This document shows positions 61,038 through 64,000 of a DNA stretch of 64,000 bases, one piece after another (position 1 is the stretch's first letter; each line of letters opens with the position of its first letter). Where the stretch lies: the NCBI GenBank assembly GCA_963514005.1, contig OY740800.1, positions 29,450,001-29,514,000 of the forward strand, written 5' to 3'. The position numbers and the translations under genes are program-made. Origin of the DNA: Raja brachyura. Lineage: Eukaryota. The notes beneath the pieces were generated by a model, which saw nothing but the letters and a program-made list of their open reading frames with translations, was not told where the DNA came from and did no database searches.

Positions 61038-61145
61038 CCGCTCTTTCCTGTCCACAGGGTGCTTAGGCTGAATTTGCCGCTGAAGCTTTCTGGCTATCTG
61101 CTCAGACAGTCCACTCACTCCCCCTGTGAACCCGTCGACACTCCG
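61038..61145 (-). CDS. MICAL3: MICAL3-like pre-LIM exon (RSVDGFTGGVSGLSEQIARKLQRQIQPKHPVDRKER), phase 0-0
   Basis: Very long pyrimidine tract, ttcattag|CGG AGT..GAG CGG|gtaagc; 108 nt; resembles the recalled MICAL3 segment YTGGVSSLAEQIANQLQRKEQPK. Confidence 0.85.
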
Positions 61146-61894
61146 CTAATGAACCACATGACAGTGGGGTGGGGAAGGGGGAGAAGCACAGAGAATCGGG
61201 GGAGGAGAGGAGAGGAGCAGGGAAAGGGAGAAGTGGAAAGGAGAAGGGAGAGGGGAGATAAGTGCAAATATGAGAAGAAACAGGGGATGAAGATTCGCAA
61301 GGGTGTAGCAGCGGAAGAAGAATCAGATGGAAAAATACAGGAATGAGAACAGTTCAGAAATGTTTGTTAAATGAATGCTGACAAAAATACAGCAAAATGA
61401 CCATTGTTTATCCGTGGTCTCATTGAGCTCACGTTTTCCACGTCTTCCATTATGTTTAGAAAACAAAATTAAACATGCACCACACCAAACCATTATTGGT
61501 ACTAGTGAGCCTCAAGCACACACTAACACCAGCCACCATGTGGGTGTTTGGCCCAGGGCTGGCCAGCTGTACGTGTATGATAGACTTCAGATTAAGTACA
61601 GAACTGTAACCTCACTGAATGAACACAATGGGGAGAGGTGAGTACGAAGCAGTAGAGTTGAAAGCCAGGTAATCTTCCTGTCTTATCACTGGACTGAATA
61701 ATAAGACAATGCTTAGCATGAAGGACAGAGGCTGAGAGGGATATTGGCCAGACACAGGCAAATGGGACTAACATAATATCTTGGTCAGCATGGATGAGGT
61801 GAGCTGAAGGAACGCTGTACAACTCTAACACAGATCATGCACAGCACAGAACAGAAGAGAGACAAAGAACTTCTATAACATAGAACGAAGGGGC

Positions 61895-62355
61895 TGAGTA
61901 TTCCCGCACCAGAAGGGTGACTTTGTTATACATTTCCAGGATGTGGGTGTTGCCAACATGGACAGCATTCACTGCCCATCTCCAATGGCCTTGGTCTATC
62001 TGCTGTACTTGAACCACTGACAGTCCTTCTGATGAAGGGGCAGTGGGGAGGTGGTCCCACGATTGGGACCCAGTGATGGCATCGTCTCCCAAGCCGGGGA
62101 GGTGTGAAACGTAGAGGGAAGCAGGGGGTTGGGGTGTTCCCATGTGTTTACTGCACGTGTCCCTCTGGGTTCTGGTGATTAGGGGTTCGGCTGGTGCGGT
62201 CGGAGATGCCTCAATGCGCTGCTGCAGCACACATTGTTGATGGATCAGAATGCAGGCGTGGTTCACCGGTGGTGGGGCAGGAAATGTTGAGTGGGTCAAT
62301 GCACCGAACCAGGCGATTATAGGATGTTCCATCCCAGCCTGGCCAGTGGGCAATA
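61895..62355 (-). mobile_element. Old CR1/L2-clade LINE 3' remnant
   Basis: Reverse-complement 3' UTR (GGGCAGTGAATGCTG..CACCCACATCC) and a HLPGL..SWDHLP remnant. Confidence 0.55.
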
Positions 62356-63469
62356 ATGGAAAGGGCAGCAAAGTCTGCAGGAAGCACAGCCTCGTATTAT
62401 AACCATACTGTTATGAATGGAAAACATTTATCCACCGTGTCTGAAAACCACCGATCTCCAACTATCTTCTCTGGCAACCGATGTGCCCGCAACCGGCGTC
62501 TCTGGCAACCACTTTCTGCTGCGTGCTGTTGTGCCGTGAGACCTTGCCTTCAAGCATCGCTGAGTCTTGTGTGAGTGGACTCGAGGATTTTGTCAGATCC
62601 GACTGTGATGATGGGGTTGATCCATCTTTGTCTGTAGCACTGTTGACCGTGTGGTGACTTCCCTCAGTCCTAGGCTGCTCCTGGCAATCCATCTGGGATT
62701 GTTCGTTGACCCCGGCTTGGCTTCTTGACTTGGGATGCCAGGCCATGACATTACACACGGTTACACAATGAACGCTGCCTCTGTGCTACTGCAAGATCGG
62801 TGAGGAAGTCAGGAGCTCGCACCACAGTCCTGGCCTGGCAACTACAGCCCACAGCAAATGGCCAGCCTGCTCAAATGACGTTGTACCCTAGAACGCTGCC
62901 AGTGCTGCCTCTGACATCACCAGGGATTACAGCAAAGGAATCAGCAGCAGGATTCTGTATTGACAAGCGTTCGGTTGTTGCTTGACAAGTCTGCGGAGAC
63001 AGCTCTCAAAATCCTCGGCACGGATACCCAGGTATCAGCAGGGGCGGCTTCACAAGGTTGGCTGGCTTTGCCCGTGTTGTGTGCCGTATCCCCTCTCTGC
63101 ATCAGAGAGCAGGAGATTCAGTGACAGAATGTACCAAGGCACGAGTGAGCAGTGGGGGCAATAGAACAGGGAGTGTGATTTGCAGCATCAGCAGTAATTC
63201 CGACACATGGAACCAAGCCAGTGTGCCAGATGGATCAGAGAGCTGAGCAGTATTGGTGATAGATACCTCGCACAGATTCACAACAGCAGGAGTAAGATAC
63301 AAACAGCATGGATCAGGAGCAACTGTAAAGATGTCACACAACCAATAAATATTCTGAAACACGGAATGATGACAGAAAAACCCTGAATTGCTAAATATTT
63401 AGAGTATTTTTCCCTTTTGCTTTAGATTTTCGGCAACTTTTGATTATTTTGATTTTTATGCAACTCCTG

Positions 63470-63925
63470 TAATGTAGAATAGTGACTGGGGCACATGCTT
63501 CCCTTACACAGAACATGATTGCTGTAACATAGAACAGCAGCACGTGTAACACATGACTCCTGTAACATGGAACGGTGAGAGTTATGCATGACCCCTGGAA
63601 CAAGCTACTGGGGTCAAGCTGGTTACATTCACTGCTACATGTTACAGGAATCATGGGTTACGCACACTGTTCTGTGTTACTGGAGTCATGTGTTACACTG
63701 TCCCATGTTACAGTAACACATGATGCCTGAAACACAGAGCAACGTAACACAAGACTCCTGTGACACAAAAGGGTGTGTTTATAATGCATGACCCCTGTAA
63801 CATGGAACAATGAGTAACACAAGACTCCTGTAACAGGACACTGTCCAACGTGGCATCTGTAACACAGGATTGAGAGCGTGCCAGACACCGCTGTTACAGC
63901 AGTGAGTGTGACTAAGGATTCCTGG
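63470..63925. repeat. Degenerate minisatellite (TAACACATGACTCCTGTAACATGG-like)
   Basis: Recurrent GACTCCTGTAAC / GACCCCTG units, some inverted. Confidence 0.7.
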
Positions 63926-64000
63926 TCAGAACCGAGACCGTGTCATGCCTAGTGATTCACACACAGCAACTTCACTGCACATTCTTGTTTTACAGAAGTT

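Noticed and set aside
61119-61145. 27-nt microexon as the main exon form
   Set aside because: The frame continues to the donor CGG|gtaagc (61038) with MICAL3-like sequence; kept only as an alternative donor.
1-64000. Prokaryotic or viral system (operon, defence island, endogenous virus)
   Set aside because: No dense ORF packing or viral hallmark proteins; the window is explained by one spliced gene plus vertebrate TEs, apart from a few unassigned intronic stretches.

Overview
Eukaryotic, vertebrate genomic DNA. The repeat landscape (CR1/HER1 LINEs, HE1/V-SINE-type tRNA SINEs, Rex1/Babar LINEs, Penelope-like elements) points to a cartilaginous fish, probably a skate or ray (inference). The whole window lies inside one minus-strand gene: the 3' half of a MICAL3-like F-actin monooxygenase. 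I traced 19 GT-AG exons from 61145 down to 1898. They join into one open frame if only one of the two exons at 18.1-18.3 kb is used. They encode the LIM domain, acidic region, a 1.66-kb Pro/Ser-rich exon and the start of the bMERB coiled coil. The monooxygenase/CH exons lie beyond 64000 and the last exons lie before base 1. Introns are filled with transposon remnants and exon-adjacent minisatellites. Most notable: (1) a pair of frame-bridging exons only 48 nt apart that look obligatorily mutually exclusive; (2) a dense family of short Penelope-derived elements with minimal hammerhead-ribozyme cores, often as inverted pairs; (3) MICAL3 small cassette exons and a run of five phase-1 symmetric exons; (4) a hAT MITE with an internal hairpin holding a third TIR; (5) CpG-rich non-autonomous retroposons with Rex1-like tails. 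No prokaryotic system, CRISPR array or true rRNA/tRNA gene is supported. Homology calls come from recalled sequences, not database searches, and repeat boundaries are approximate.
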